From assembly GCA_963761335.1 (NCBI GenBank), contig CAVXGR010000011.1:160001-224000 (forward strand): a stretch of DNA of 64,000 nucleotides. The letters run 5' to 3'. The notes beneath the pieces were generated by a model, which saw nothing but the letters and a program-made list of their open reading frames with translations, did no database searches and had not been told where the DNA came from. The translations under genes and the position numbers were made by a program. This DNA comes from an uncultured delta proteobacterium (GTDB lineage Bacteria > Desulfobacterota > Binatia > HRBIN30 > BPIQ01). Of the stretch, positions 1 through 8,985 are shown piece by piece (within the stretch, counting starts at the first letter, position 1; the number at the start of each line of letters is the position of its first letter).

Positions 1-188
1 GTCTGCAACGGCGCGCCGCGGAGCGCCCCCGGCAGCAGCGACAGCACCAGCCCGAGCTTGGCGATAGCCGCGGCAAACGTACACGCTTCGCGCACATTTG
101 GATGGCGGTCGAGGCGCAGGATCGCCAGCGCCGCAACCGCCGAGACCACCACCGCCGCCAGCGGCCGCAGCGATTCAACGCCGGCCAC
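1..188 (-). CDS. Second MrpD-family cation/H+ antiporter subunit, N-terminal part (runs off the window)
   Basis: Manual translation from GTG at 188 (GGAGG RBS at 195-199): MAGVESLRPLAAVVVSAVAALAILRLDRHPNVREACTFAAAIAKLGLVLSLLP. This is a typical MrpD-family N-terminus and overlaps the end of the upstream mrpD. Confidence 0.7.
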   Translation of the reverse strand, partial: MAGVESLRPLAAVVVSAVAALAILRLDRHPNVREACTFAAAIAKLGLVLSLLPGALRGAPLQ

Positions 189-1722
189 GAAGATCCTCCG
201 GCGCCACCGCGGCCGTCACACCCAGCACGGCGCCGCGGCCGGGGAGGCCGGCGATGGCGCCATCGAGAACACGCCGCACCAGCGGCGCCGTGAGCACGCC
301 GGCGAGGAGGACAGCGCAGGCCAGCGCCGCGATCGGCGCCATCATGGCCCGCGGCAGCTCCGGCGTCGCCGGCGGCGCTGCCTCGACCTCGTCGGACGCG
401 TGCCGGGAGAAATAAATGGTCTCAATCAGACGGAAGAAGTACCAGGCGTTCAGCAAGGTGCTGAGCAGCAGCACGGCGGCGAAGATCGGACGTCCGGCGT
501 GGAGACAGCCGAGCAGGAGATACCACTTGCTGAAGAAGCCGAGCGTCGGCGGGATGCCGATCATCGACATGCTGGAGATCACCAGGGCCGCCATGCTGCG
601 CGGCATCTTGGTGGCGATGCGCTCCAGGCTGTCCTCGCTGCGCCCGCCGAAGCGAAAGGCGACGCCGCCGATGATCAGGAACAGACAGCCCTTGGTGACC
701 GCGTGCGCCACCATGTGCAGCACCGCGCCGATCAGGCCGTCGCGGTTGCCGAGGGCGATGCCCAGGGCGATGTAGGCGAGATGGCCGACGCTCGAGTAGG
801 CGAGCAGTCGCTTGAGATCGGTCTGCGCCAGCGCCATCACCGAGCCGGCGACGATGCCGCCGCACGCCGCCCAGCCCAGCAGCGAGGTGATCGGCAGGTG
901 CAGTGGCGCCACCGCCGGCCAGAGCACGCCGTAGAGAACGCGCAGCAGGGCGAAGGCGTTCACCTTGGTCATGACCGCGGCGATCAGGGCGCTGGCCGAC
1001 GACGGCGCATACGTGTAGGCATCCGGCAGCCACGTGTGCATCGGAAAGAGCGCCATCTTGAGCGACAGGCCGGTGACGATGAAGGCGACGGCGATGACGA
1101 TGCTCGGCGAGCTGCCCACCTGCGGCAGGCGCGCCGCCATGTCGGCCATGTTCAACGTGCCGGTGAGCGCGAACAGGTAGGCGAGGCCGAGCAGATAGAA
1201 GGTGGCGCCCACCGTGCCGATCAACAGATAGCGAAAGCTGGCGAGCGCCGCGGCGCCCCCGCCGACGGCGATCAGCGTGTAGGTGGTGATCGAGGCGATC
1301 TCGAGGAAGACGTAGAGGTTGAAGAGATCGCCGGTGACCACCATGCCCTGCAGGGCAGCGAGCAGCAGCGACAGGGTCGCCAGGAAGCTCGACTCCTCCC
1401 CGGGAAGCTCGGCGTGCAGCGTCGGGCCGGCGTAGACGAGCACGGCAACGCCCACCCAACCGATCAGCGTCGCCATCAGCGCCGAGAGCCCGTCGATGTG
1501 GTAGACGATGCCGAACGGAGCCGCCCAGCCGCCGAACGTGTAGTGCAGCGCGTGCCCGTCCACCGTCTGCCACAGGGCGACGGACGCGGAGCTGGCGGAG
1601 ATCAAGGCGCCGGCGAGAACCAGCAGCCGGGTGCGCTCGGCGTTGCCGGTCGCCAGCGCCACGGCGAGCAGCGCCGCCAACAGGGGCGGCACGACGATGG
1701 CGACGGGGATCTGCGAGATCAA
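175..1722 (-). CDS. mrpD: Mrp-type Na+/H+ antiporter subunit D (NuoM/N-like)
   Basis: Multi-TM protein with GDLFNLYVFLE, KMALFPMHTWLPDAY, DLKRLLAYSS and HAVTKGCLF motifs. Confidence 0.9.
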   Translation of the reverse strand: MISQIPVAIVVPPLLAALLAVALATGNAERTRLLVLAGALISASSASVALWQTVDGHALHYTFGGWAAPFGIVYHIDGLSALMATLIGWVGVAVLVYAGPTLHAELPGEESSFLATLSLLLAALQGMVVTGDLFNLYVFLEIASITTYTLIAVGGGAAALASFRYLLIGTVGATFYLLGLAYLFALTGTLNMADMAARLPQVGSSPSIVIAVAFIVTGLSLKMALFPMHTWLPDAYTYAPSSASALIAAVMTKVNAFALLRVLYGVLWPAVAPLHLPITSLLGWAACGGIVAGSVMALAQTDLKRLLAYSSVGHLAYIALGIALGNRDGLIGAVLHMVAHAVTKGCLFLIIGGVAFRFGGRSEDSLERIATKMPRSMAALVISSMSMIGIPPTLGFFSKWYLLLGCLHAGRPIFAAVLLLSTLLNAWYFFRLIETIYFSRHASDEVEAAPPATPELPRAMMAPIAALACAVLLAGVLTAPLVRRVLDGAIAGLPGRGAVLGVTAAVAPEDLRGRR

Positions 1723-1723
1723 C

Positions 1724-2074
1724 TCAGTGTCCCGTCAGGTGGCGCTCGTCGAGCGTGCCGTAGCGGCGATAGATGCGGATCAAGAGCGCGAAGGCGACGC
1801 CGCTGGTGCTCACCATCACCACGATCGCCGTCAGCATCAGGACATGCGGCAGCGGGCTCATGAATGGAGCCGCACTCACCTCGCCGCCGTGCGGAAGAAT
1901 CGGCACCGTGCCGCCGGGCTTCAGGCTGAAGGACAGAAAGAGAAAGATGGTGGCGTTCTGCACGATGTTGAGGCCGATCAGCTTCTTCACCAGGTTGCGC
2001 TTCATGGTCAGGCCGTAGAAGCCGATCACCAGCAGCACGGCCGTCATCCAGTACTCGTAGCGCGCCTCGATCAT
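1724..2074 (-). CDS. mrpC: Mrp antiporter subunit C
   Basis: 116 aa from ATG 2074: KRNLVKKLIGLNI...PLPHVLMLTAIVV...IYRRYGTL. ATGA overlap with the upstream gene. Confidence 0.9.
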   Translation of the reverse strand: MIEARYEYWMTAVLLVIGFYGLTMKRNLVKKLIGLNIVQNATIFLFLSFSLKPGGTVPILPHGGEVSAAPFMSPLPHVLMLTAIVVMVSTSGVAFALLIRIYRRYGTLDERHLTGH

Positions 2075-2541
2075 GCCTCTTGCACCGACTCCTCGGGCGG
2101 CGGTGTGGGCGCCAGATCGTCGAAGATCGACACCATCACTCCGGCGACGCCGATGGCGACGCCGATCTCGACGCCGAGAATTCCGTAATGGCGCACCCAG
2201 GCGGCGGAGAGACCGGGGACCGGCACGGCGCCATAGTTGAGAAACTGGCTCCCGAACAGAAGCGGGAGCACTCCGCACAGGCCGTAGATCATCACGCCCA
2301 CCGCTCCCAGGCGGATCGCCGCCGATCCGGGCAGAAAGCGGCGCGACAGGCTCGGCTCCTGGGTGAAGCGCGCCAAGACGATGCTGGCGCCGAGGATGGC
2401 GCCGCCCTGGAAGCCACCCCCCGGGCTCTCGTGGCCGTGAAACAGCACATAGAGCGCAAACACCTGGATGAACGGAATCATCACCTTGCAGGCCGTGCGC
2501 ACGATACGGCTGTCGTAGGGCGACACGATCATGTCGCTCAT
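2071..2541 (-). CDS. mrpB: Mrp antiporter subunit B (MnhB domain)
   Basis: HGHESPGGGFQGG motif; GAAGGAG RBS before ATG 2541. Confidence 0.88.
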   Translation of the reverse strand: MSDMIVSPYDSRIVRTACKVMIPFIQVFALYVLFHGHESPGGGFQGGAILGASIVLARFTQEPSLSRRFLPGSAAIRLGAVGVMIYGLCGVLPLLFGSQFLNYGAVPVPGLSAAWVRHYGILGVEIGVAIGVAGVMVSIFDDLAPTPPPEESVQEA

Positions 2542-2594
2542 GCGCACTCCTTCGACGGAGTGATGGCGGGCGGGATCGGGTCCGGGCATGGCCG

Positions 2595-2864
2595 TCAGTG
2601 AAATCGCCGCAGCAGGAGGAAGCAGGAGAGGCCGGCGGCAAAGATCACGGTGGTCTCCCCGAAGGTGTCGTAGCCGCGGTAATCGGCGAGAATCGAGGTC
2701 ACCAGGTTCGGCGTCTCCGTCTGCTCGAGGCTGTGCTCGACGTAGTACGGCTCGACGTGCCGGGCGATCGGATTATTCACCCGGCGCAGGGGCGGCAGAC
2801 CGCCGGCGCCGATGAGCAGGATGATCCCAAGCGCCGCAAGCGCCACTGTCGTCCACACTCTCAA
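2595..2864 (-). CDS. MnhB-related / MbhE-like small subunit
   Basis: TPNLVTSILADYRGYDTFGETTVIF motif (the C-terminal part of MrpA in fused systems). Confidence 0.85.
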   Translation of the reverse strand: MRVWTTVALAALGIILLIGAGGLPPLRRVNNPIARHVEPYYVEHSLEQTETPNLVTSILADYRGYDTFGETTVIFAAGLSCFLLLRRFH

Positions 2865-3106
2865 TCGTCCGACCTCCGCGTGGTGCGCACGATGGCCATA
2901 AGAAAGAACACACCGGTGATGCCGGCGCCGACCGAGGCCTCGGTGAAGCCGACGTCCACAGCTCCCATCTGCGCCATCACCAGCGCCGTGAGAAAGCTGT
3001 AGCCGCCGAGGAGAAAGACCGCCGCCAGCAGATCGCGCACCTGCAGCGAGGCAATGGCGACGGCGATCATCATGGGGAAGAGCAGATACTCGAAAGGCAG
3101 GGTCAC
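2861..3106 (-). CDS. DUF4040 / MbhD-like small Mrp subunit
   Basis: RDLLAAV...MGAVDVGFTEASVGAG motif; GTG start overlaps the mrpG stop. Confidence 0.82.
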   Translation of the reverse strand: MTLPFEYLLFPMMIAVAIASLQVRDLLAAVFLLGGYSFLTALVMAQMGAVDVGFTEASVGAGITGVFFLMAIVRTTRRSDD

Positions 3107-3405
3107 GAGCTTCCCTCCCGCATCCAGGGCTTCACTCCCGAGAGCAGCGCCGCGCGCGCCACGGCGTGCGTCGAGGTCGGATTGGCGATGTAGAAGAAGA
3201 GGCCGACGACCACGAACTTGAGCGCCAGCAGCGACCACCCGGCCAGACAGGCGACGCCGAGAAGCGACAGCAGAGCGCCGAGGGTATCGGCCTTGCCGAT
3301 GGCGTGCATGCGCGTGAAGACGTCGGGCAGGCGGATGTAGCCGATGGTGCCGGCGGTGAGAAAGAAGACGCCGCTCACCAGGAGCACGACGGCGACTACG
3401 GTCAT
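3103..3405 (-). CDS. mrpG: Mrp antiporter subunit G
   Basis: RLPDVFTRMHAIGKADTLG...NPTSTHAVARAA motifs. Confidence 0.9.
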   Translation of the reverse strand: MTVVAVVLLVSGVFFLTAGTIGYIRLPDVFTRMHAIGKADTLGALLSLLGVACLAGWSLLALKFVVVGLFFYIANPTSTHAVARAALLSGVKPWMREGSS

Positions 3406-3671
3406 TGGACGGCCTCCTGTCGGGTGAAGTACTTCGCCACGACCAGCGTGGCGATGAAGTTCAGCAGCGCATAGGTGAGAGCGATGTCGACGAAGGCGTC
3501 CGGGCGCCCGAAGAGCACACCGGTGATCGCCAGGATGACGGTGGCGTTGGTGCCGACGACGCCGACGCCGATGATGCGGTTGAAGACGCCGCGGCGGAAG
3601 ATCACCGACCACAGCGCCGCCACCATGCCGGCGGCCAGGACCAGGAGGAGCACCGTCAAGAGAAGGTTCAT
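3402..3671 (-). CDS. mrpF: Mrp antiporter subunit F
   Basis: Three-TM protein with FNRIIG...VDIALTYALLNFIATLVVAKY. Confidence 0.88.
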   Translation of the reverse strand: MNLLLTVLLLVLAAGMVAALWSVIFRRGVFNRIIGVGVVGTNATVILAITGVLFGRPDAFVDIALTYALLNFIATLVVAKYFTRQEAVQ

Positions 3672-4249
3672 TCCACCGGCCCCTCCTCGATTCCGGGCAG
3701 GGTGCGGGCGATCTGCTCCTGCATGCGGCCAATGCTCGGCAGGACACCGGGATCCGCCACCAGGGCGTGCACCAGGAACTCGCCCTCGGGCGCGGTGACC
3801 GTGATCGTCCCCGGGGTGAGGGTGATCGAGTTCGCCAGCAGCGTGCGCCCGAGGTCACTCTGCAAATGGGTCTTGAAGCTCACCATGGCCGGGTCGATCG
3901 GCAGCTTCGGATCGAGAACGACGCGCAGCACCTGCAGGTTGGCCACGGCGATCTCCTTGGTGAGCCAGAGGACGTAGACGAAGAGGCGCGGCCAGGAGAC
4001 GCGCGCCAGATGCAGCCGCCCCAGCTCGCCGCGGCCCTCGAAGAACTGCATCTCGTGAGTGAGGCGCGCCACCACGGCGGTGCTGAGCACGCCGCAGACG
4101 AGGTGGAAGGCGTCGAACACACCGGAGAGCACGATCCAGAAGAGGAAGAGCATCGCCCAGTGGAGCGCGAACCCCGGAGTCGACCACCGCTTCCCGCCTC
4201 TCGGCGGCGCCATTTCGCGCCCTCCCGCCGTGGCCGCTTCGTCCACCAT
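3668..4249 (-). CDS. mrpE: Mrp antiporter subunit E
   Basis: LANSITLTPGTIT signature; EIAVANLQV. Confidence 0.9.
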   Translation of the reverse strand: MVDEAATAGGREMAPPRGGKRWSTPGFALHWAMLFLFWIVLSGVFDAFHLVCGVLSTAVVARLTHEMQFFEGRGELGRLHLARVSWPRLFVYVLWLTKEIAVANLQVLRVVLDPKLPIDPAMVSFKTHLQSDLGRTLLANSITLTPGTITVTAPEGEFLVHALVADPGVLPSIGRMQEQIARTLPGIEEGPVE

Positions 4250-4288
4250 CGTCTTCGCGCGCCTCGCTCCCGTCCGCCGACGGCCGCG

Positions 4289-4316
4289 ATGATATCGACC
4301 GGGGCGAGCGGGTCAA
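4289..4316 (-). promoter_or_regulatory. Putative sigma70 promoter of the mrp operon
   Basis: TTGACC-16 bp-TATCAT on the minus strand, 40 bp upstream of mrpE. Confidence 0.5.
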
Positions 4317-4330
4317 GGGGAAGGGCTGCG

Positions 4331-4512
4331 AGGTGTTGGGTGTTGCGGTGTTGGGTCGTGCTCGTGCTCAGCGAAGCGGTGCTCGTAATCGTACTCGTAA
4401 TCGTCACTGAGCGCCGCGGGGCCCAGCGCCGCGCCGCGGTGTTCCGCGAGTACGATTTCTGAGCACGGGCACGACCCAACACCGCAACACCCAACACCCA
4501 ACACCCAACACC
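4331..4512. repeat. REP/MITE-like palindromic element with heptamer-periodic arms
   Basis: About 40-bp inverted repeat (4332-4371 vs 4459-4498, one mismatch) built from GTGTTGG/CCAACAC units. Internal CTCGTAATCGT repeats, and extra CCCAACA copies run to 4512. Confidence 0.8.
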
Positions 4513-4557
4513 TGGCTCCCTCGTGCGTTGCGACGGCCGGCGGCATATGGTCCGCGG

Positions 4558-5763
4558 ATGTTGCTGCCGGCCAGCGCCACTCCCAACGCCGCGCGTCTCG
4601 TGTCCGGGCGCGCTCTGCGCGGCTTTGCGGACGGCTTCGTGAGCGTCTACCTCGCCGAGTACCTGCAGCTCCTCGGCTTCTCCGCCCTGCAGGTCGGCGC
4701 CATCGTCACCACCACGCTGCTCGGCTCGGCGACGCTGACTCTCCTCGTCGGCCTGGTCGCGCACCGCGTATCGCCGCGGCGCATTCTGCTGGCGGCGGCG
4801 GTGCTGATGCTGGCGACGGGCATCGGCTTCGCCCTGGTCGGTGACTTCTGGCCGCTGCTCCTGGTCGCCTTCGCGGGCACGCTCAATCCGAGCGCCGGCG
4901 ACGTGAGCGTCTTCCTGCCGACCGAGCAGTCGCTTCTCGCCGGCGAGGTCGCCGCCGGCGAGCGCACCGCTCTATTCGCCCGCTACACTCTCGGCGGGGC
5001 GCTGTTGGGCGCCTTCGGGGCCCTGGCGAGCGGACTGCCGGAGGTCGCCGCCCACCGGCTCGGATGGAGCCTGGTCGCCTCGTTCCGCGCCGGCTTTGCC
5101 CTCTACGGAGGTGTCGCCATCGCCATCGCCGCGCTCTACGTCTCCTTGACGTCGGCGGCGCCCGCAGCCGCCTCGGGCGGCGCGCCGCTGCGGCGCTCGC
5201 GTCCGATCGTCCTGCGGCTGACGGCGCTGTTCTCGCTCGACTCCTTCGGCGGCGGCTTCGCCGTCGACTCGATGCTCGCCCTGTGGCTCCTGCTGCGCTT
5301 CGATCTGCCGCTGCCGGCGGCGGCGAGCGTCTTCTTCGGGGCGCGAGCGCTGTCCGCGTTTTCACAGCTCGTCTCGCCGCGCCTGGCGGCGCGCTTCGGC
5401 CTGATCGAGACCATGGTGTTCACGCATATCCCCGCCAACATCTTCCTGATTCTCGCCGCCTTCATGCCCAGCGCGCCGCTGGCGATCGCCTTTCTGCTCC
5501 TGCGCATGGCCTTCTCGCAGATGGACGTGCCGGCGCGGCAGTCGTACGTGATGGCCGTCGTGCCCCCCGAGGAGCGCGCCGCCGCCGCCAGCGTCACCAA
5601 CGTCCCGCGCAGCCTCGCCGCGGCGCTGTCGCCGCTGCTCGCCGGGGCGCTCCTGCAGCAGTCGACTTTCGGCTGGCCTCTGGTCGCCGGAGGGTCGATG
5701 AAGCTGATCTACGACCTGCTGCTCCTGGCCATGTTCCGCCGCGTCCGTCCCCCGGAGGAGTGA
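4558..5763 (+). CDS. MFS transporter
   Basis: About 12 TM; RALRGFADG, GTLNPSAGDVSVFLPTEQ and SQMDVPARQSYVMAVV motifs. Confidence 0.88.
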   Translation: MLLPASATPNAARLVSGRALRGFADGFVSVYLAEYLQLLGFSALQVGAIVTTTLLGSATLTLLVGLVAHRVSPRRILLAAAVLMLATGIGFALVGDFWPLLLVAFAGTLNPSAGDVSVFLPTEQSLLAGEVAAGERTALFARYTLGGALLGAFGALASGLPEVAAHRLGWSLVASFRAGFALYGGVAIAIAALYVSLTSAAPAAASGGAPLRRSRPIVLRLTALFSLDSFGGGFAVDSMLALWLLLRFDLPLPAAASVFFGARALSAFSQLVSPRLAARFGLIETMVFTHIPANIFLILAAFMPSAPLAIAFLLLRMAFSQMDVPARQSYVMAVVPPEERAAAASVTNVPRSLAAALSPLLAGALLQQSTFGWPLVAGGSMKLIYDLLLLAMFRRVRPPEE

Positions 5764-5799
5764 GAAACGTTCCTCGCCGTTTTCCAGCAGACTCTGCCC

Positions 5800-6820
5800 C
5801 CCCGGGGCGGAGAGTAACGCAGAGGCGCAAAGCCGCAGAGCCGGGCTGCGAGAAACGGACTATTCAGCTCTAGCCGATCGGGAACGGGAGACGTGCGGTC
5901 AGGATCTGTTACTGGTTCTGAGCGATCGCCAGAGCGCATCGCCGGCTCTCGGCAGCCCGGCTCTGCGTCTTCGCGCCTTTGCGTTCCATCACGCACCCGA
6001 CGGAACCCGCCAACCCTGGAGCCCCGGGGCGGAGAGAAACGCAGAGGCGCAAAGCCGCAGAGCCGGGCTGCGAGAAACGGACTATTCAGCTCTAGCCGAT
6101 CGGGAACGGGAGACGTGCGGTCAGGATCTGTTACTGGTTCTGAGCGATCGCCAGAGCGCAATCGCCGGCTCTCGGCAGCCCGGCTCCGCGTCTTCGCGCC
6201 TTTGCGTTCCATCACGCACCCGACGGAACCCGCCAACCCTGGAGCCTGCTGCTCGCCGGGCGCTCCCGCAGCAGTCGACTTTCGGCTGGCCTCTGGTCGC
6301 CGGCGGCTCGATGAAGCTGATCTACGACCTGCTGCTCCTGGCCATGTTCCGCCGCGTCCGCCTCCCGGGGCGGAGAGAAACGCAGAGGCGCAAAGCCGCA
6401 GAGCCGGGCTGCGAAGCGGACCATTCAGCTCTAGCCGATCGGGAACGGGAGACGTGCGGTCAGGATCTGTTACTGGTTCTGAGCGATCGCCAGAGCGCAA
6501 TCGCCGGCTCTCGGCAGCCCGGCTCTGCGTCTTCGCGCCTTTGCGTTCCATCACGCACCCGACGGAACCCGCCAACCCGGGAGCCCCGGGGCGGAGAGAA
6601 ACGCAGAGGCGCAAAGCCGCAGAGCCGGGCTGCGAGAAACGGACTATTCAGCTCTAGCCGATCGGGAACGGGAGACGTGCGGTCAGGATCTGTTACTGGT
6701 TCTGAGCGATCGCCAGAGCGCATCGCCGGCTCTCGGCAGCCCGGCTCCGCGTCTTCGCGCCTTTGCGTTCCATCACGCAGCCGATGGAACCCGCCAACCC
6801 TGGAGCCTGCTGCTCGCCGG
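5800..6820. repeat. Four tandem ~222-bp units, each holding a 170-bp element with ~38-bp terminal inverted repeats
   Basis: Elements start at 5816, 6038, 6379 and 6600. Arms are AACGCAGAGGCGCAAAGCCGCAGAGCCGGGCTGCGAGA and TCTCGGCAGCCCGGCTCTGCGTCTTCGCGCCTTTGCGTT. Confidence 0.92.
6248..6366 (+). pseudogene. Duplicated ~120-bp 3' fragment of the MFS gene
   Basis: Near-identical to about 5634-5753 (encodes MKLIYDLLLLAMFRRVR), with a few substitutions and a 1-bp deletion. Confidence 0.88.
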
Positions 6821-6884
6821 GAAACCGAGCCACGCCCGGGGAACCTTCGTTGACTTGCCTCCTGCCCCTTGTTAGTCGCCGACA

Positions 6885-8270
6885 ATGTCCGTCCGCACCC
6901 GTTTTGCGCCGAGCCCGACCGGATTTCTCCACATCGGCGGCGCCCGCACCGCCCTCTTCAACCACCTCTTCGCGCGCCATCACGGCGGCGTCTTCATCCT
7001 CCGCATCGAGGACACCGACGCGGCGCGCTCGACGCCGGAAGCGGTGGAGGCGATCCTCGACGGCATGCGCTGGCTGGAGCTCGATTGGGACGAGGGGCCG
7101 TTCCGCCAGACGGAGCGCGGCGACATCTACCGCGAGCACGCCGAGCGCCTGCTGCGCCGCGGCGCGGCGTACTGGTGCGCGTGCAGCTCCGAGGAGCTCG
7201 AGGCGAAGCGCAAGGTGGCCATGGCCGCAGGCCGTAAGGCGATGTACGACGGCACCTGCCGCGACGCCAATCACCAGCCGGGCGAGCGGCGGCTGGCTCT
7301 GCGCTTCCGCGCCCCCCACGAGGGCGAGACGGCGTTCAACGACATGGTGCGCGGGCCCATCGCCTTTCAGAACCAGGAGCTGGAAGACCTGGTGCTGGTG
7401 CGCTCCAACGGCATCCCGACCTACAACTTCTGCGTCGTCGTCGACGATGCGCTCATGCGGGTGACCCACCTGATCCGCGGCGAGGACCACATCCCCAACA
7501 CCCCGAAGCAGATCCAGCTGTATCGCGCCCTCGACTACCCGCTTCCCGAGTTCGCGCACCTGCCGCTCATCCTGGGGCTCGACCGCGCCCGCCTGAGCAA
7601 GCGCCACGGCGCCACCTCGGTCACCGCCTACCGCGAGGAGGGATATCTGCCGCACGCCCTGGTCAACTATCTCGCCCGCCTCGGCTGGTCGCACGGCGAT
7701 CAGGAGCTGTTCACCCGCGCCGAGCTGATCGAGTACTTCGACCTCGAGCACATCGCCAGCGCCGCCGGCGTCTTCAATCCGGAGAAGCTGCAGTGGGTCA
7801 ACTTCAACTACATCAAGGCCATGGCGCCCGCGGAGCTGGCGGCGGCGATCAAGCCGTTCATCGCCGAGAAGGGCTATCGCGCCCCCGGCGACGACGCCTG
7901 GCTGGCGGCGATGGCGAAGACGCTACAGGAGCGCGCCAAGACCTTCGTCGAGCTGGTGGAGATGGCGCACTTCTACCTGTCCGACGACATCGCCATCGAC
8001 CCGGCCGCGGCCGCCAAGCACCTGCATCCGAACCTCGAGGTGCTGGCCGCCGTTCGCGAAGGCCTGGCGGCGCTGCCGCAGTGGACGGAGGAGGCAATCA
8101 AGAGCGTCTTCGAAGCCGCGCAGCAACGCTTCCAGGTCGGTCTCGGCAAGGTCGCCCAGCCGGTGCGCGTCGCCCTCACCGGCGGTACCGTCTCACCGGG
8201 GATCTTCGAGGTCATCGCCGTCCTCGGCAGGGAGCGGACACTGGCAAGGCTCGGTTCAGTAGCTCAGTAG
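6885..8270 (+). CDS. gltX: Glutamate--tRNA ligase
   Basis: RFAPSPTGFLHIGG (HIGH-like), RIEDTD, IRGEDH, LSKRHG (KMSKS-like) and a CxC...C zinc site. Confidence 0.97.
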   Translation: MSVRTRFAPSPTGFLHIGGARTALFNHLFARHHGGVFILRIEDTDAARSTPEAVEAILDGMRWLELDWDEGPFRQTERGDIYREHAERLLRRGAAYWCACSSEELEAKRKVAMAAGRKAMYDGTCRDANHQPGERRLALRFRAPHEGETAFNDMVRGPIAFQNQELEDLVLVRSNGIPTYNFCVVVDDALMRVTHLIRGEDHIPNTPKQIQLYRALDYPLPEFAHLPLILGLDRARLSKRHGATSVTAYREEGYLPHALVNYLARLGWSHGDQELFTRAELIEYFDLEHIASAAGVFNPEKLQWVNFNYIKAMAPAELAAAIKPFIAEKGYRAPGDDAWLAAMAKTLQERAKTFVELVEMAHFYLSDDIAIDPAAAAKHLHPNLEVLAAVREGLAALPQWTEEAIKSVFEAAQQRFQVGLGKVAQPVRVALTGGTVSPGIFEVIAVLGRERTLARLGSVAQ

Positions 8271-8367
8271 CTCAGTGGCTCGGTTTTCGGGTTGTCGGGT
8301 TTGCGGGTTTCAGCAACTCGAGAAGCCGTGAACCCGGCAACTGAGAGAGTAACTGAGAAACCGAGCA
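8249..8367. repeat. Short-period imperfect inverted repeat at the end of gltX
   Basis: CTCAGTAG octamer and CGGGTT repeats on the left; complementary AACTGAG...AACTGAGAAACCGAGC on the right. Confidence 0.5.
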
Positions 8368-8369
8368 AC

Positions 8370-8400
8370 ATTCTCTCTCCGCCTGCGGCGGAGAGAGAAT
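8370..8400. terminator. Hairpin downstream of the displaced tRNA-Glu 3' end; probable terminator between convergent gltX and tRNA operon
   Basis: Perfect 14-bp stem: ATTCTCTCTCCGCC-TGC-GGCGGAGAGAGAAT. Confidence 0.7.
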
Positions 8401-8421
8401 GGTCCCAAGGGGAATCGAACC
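8394..8421. repeat. att site (duplicate of tRNA-Glu 3' end)
   Basis: Identical to 16026-16053; starts in the T-loop of the tRNA. Confidence 0.95.
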
Positions 8422-8604
8422 TGACTCTCAACGCCACGATGGCGGCGCCGAATCTACAGCAACTACCGAGAATCACGACGGGAACGCGCCCGATGCCGAT
8501 GGAGCGGCAAGATCCGAAACGACCCGAAAATGACCCCAGGAGGCGGCGAAAGTGGTGACCGTCACCAAGCCTTTGAGGGATGCCGTGGCGCATAAGGGCG
8601 CAGA

Positions 8605-8985
8605 ATGGCGCACCTGACACCGCGGCAGCAACAAGCGATTGTGGCGCTGCTGACGACACCGGACCAAACCGCGGCAGCGGCGGCGTGTGGCATCAGCCGC
8701 CGGACCCTAACACGCTGGCTGGGATCGCCAGAGTTTCGTGACGCGTATCGGCTTGCCAGTCAGCGACGGCTAGCGGACACCATTGGACTGCTGCGGGCGA
8801 CCGCCGCTGAGGCATTAGCAGCGTTGCGCACGGCCCTACAGGCAAGCAGCGATCACGTGAAGGTGCGCGCGGCCGTTGCCCTGCTCGAACTCGCCGTCAA
8901 GGTCGAGGCGGATGATCTGGCGAGGCGAGTGGCGGCACTGGAAGAAGCACAGATGAAACGAGGAACACAAGATGGGACTGGCTGA
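8605..8985 (+). CDS. HTH protein, possibly a small-terminase-like DNA-binding protein
   Basis: LTPRQQQAIVALL...AAAACGISRRTLTRWL HTH followed by a helical region, including HVKVRAAVALLE and a coiled-coil tail. Confidence 0.65.
   Translation: MAHLTPRQQQAIVALLTTPDQTAAAAACGISRRTLTRWLGSPEFRDAYRLASQRRLADTIGLLRATAAEALAALRTALQASSDHVKVRAAVALLELAVKVEADDLARRVAALEEAQMKRGTQDGTG

Noticed and set aside
4313..4586. Short ORFs with DYEYDYEHRFAEHEHD or GVGCWVL repeats
   Set aside because: Artefacts of the hexamer/heptamer repeat element.
5800..6820. CRISPR array
   Set aside because: Units are about 222 bp and near-identical throughout, with no unique spacers and no cas genes.
5709..6885. ORFs spanning the repeat array (e.g. 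5709-6614, 5893-6657, 6311-6853)
   Set aside because: They are translations of the DNA repeats and the duplicated MFS tail, with no independent protein signal.
8400..8421. Second tRNA-Glu gene
   Set aside because: Only the 3' 22 nt are present; this is the att duplication.
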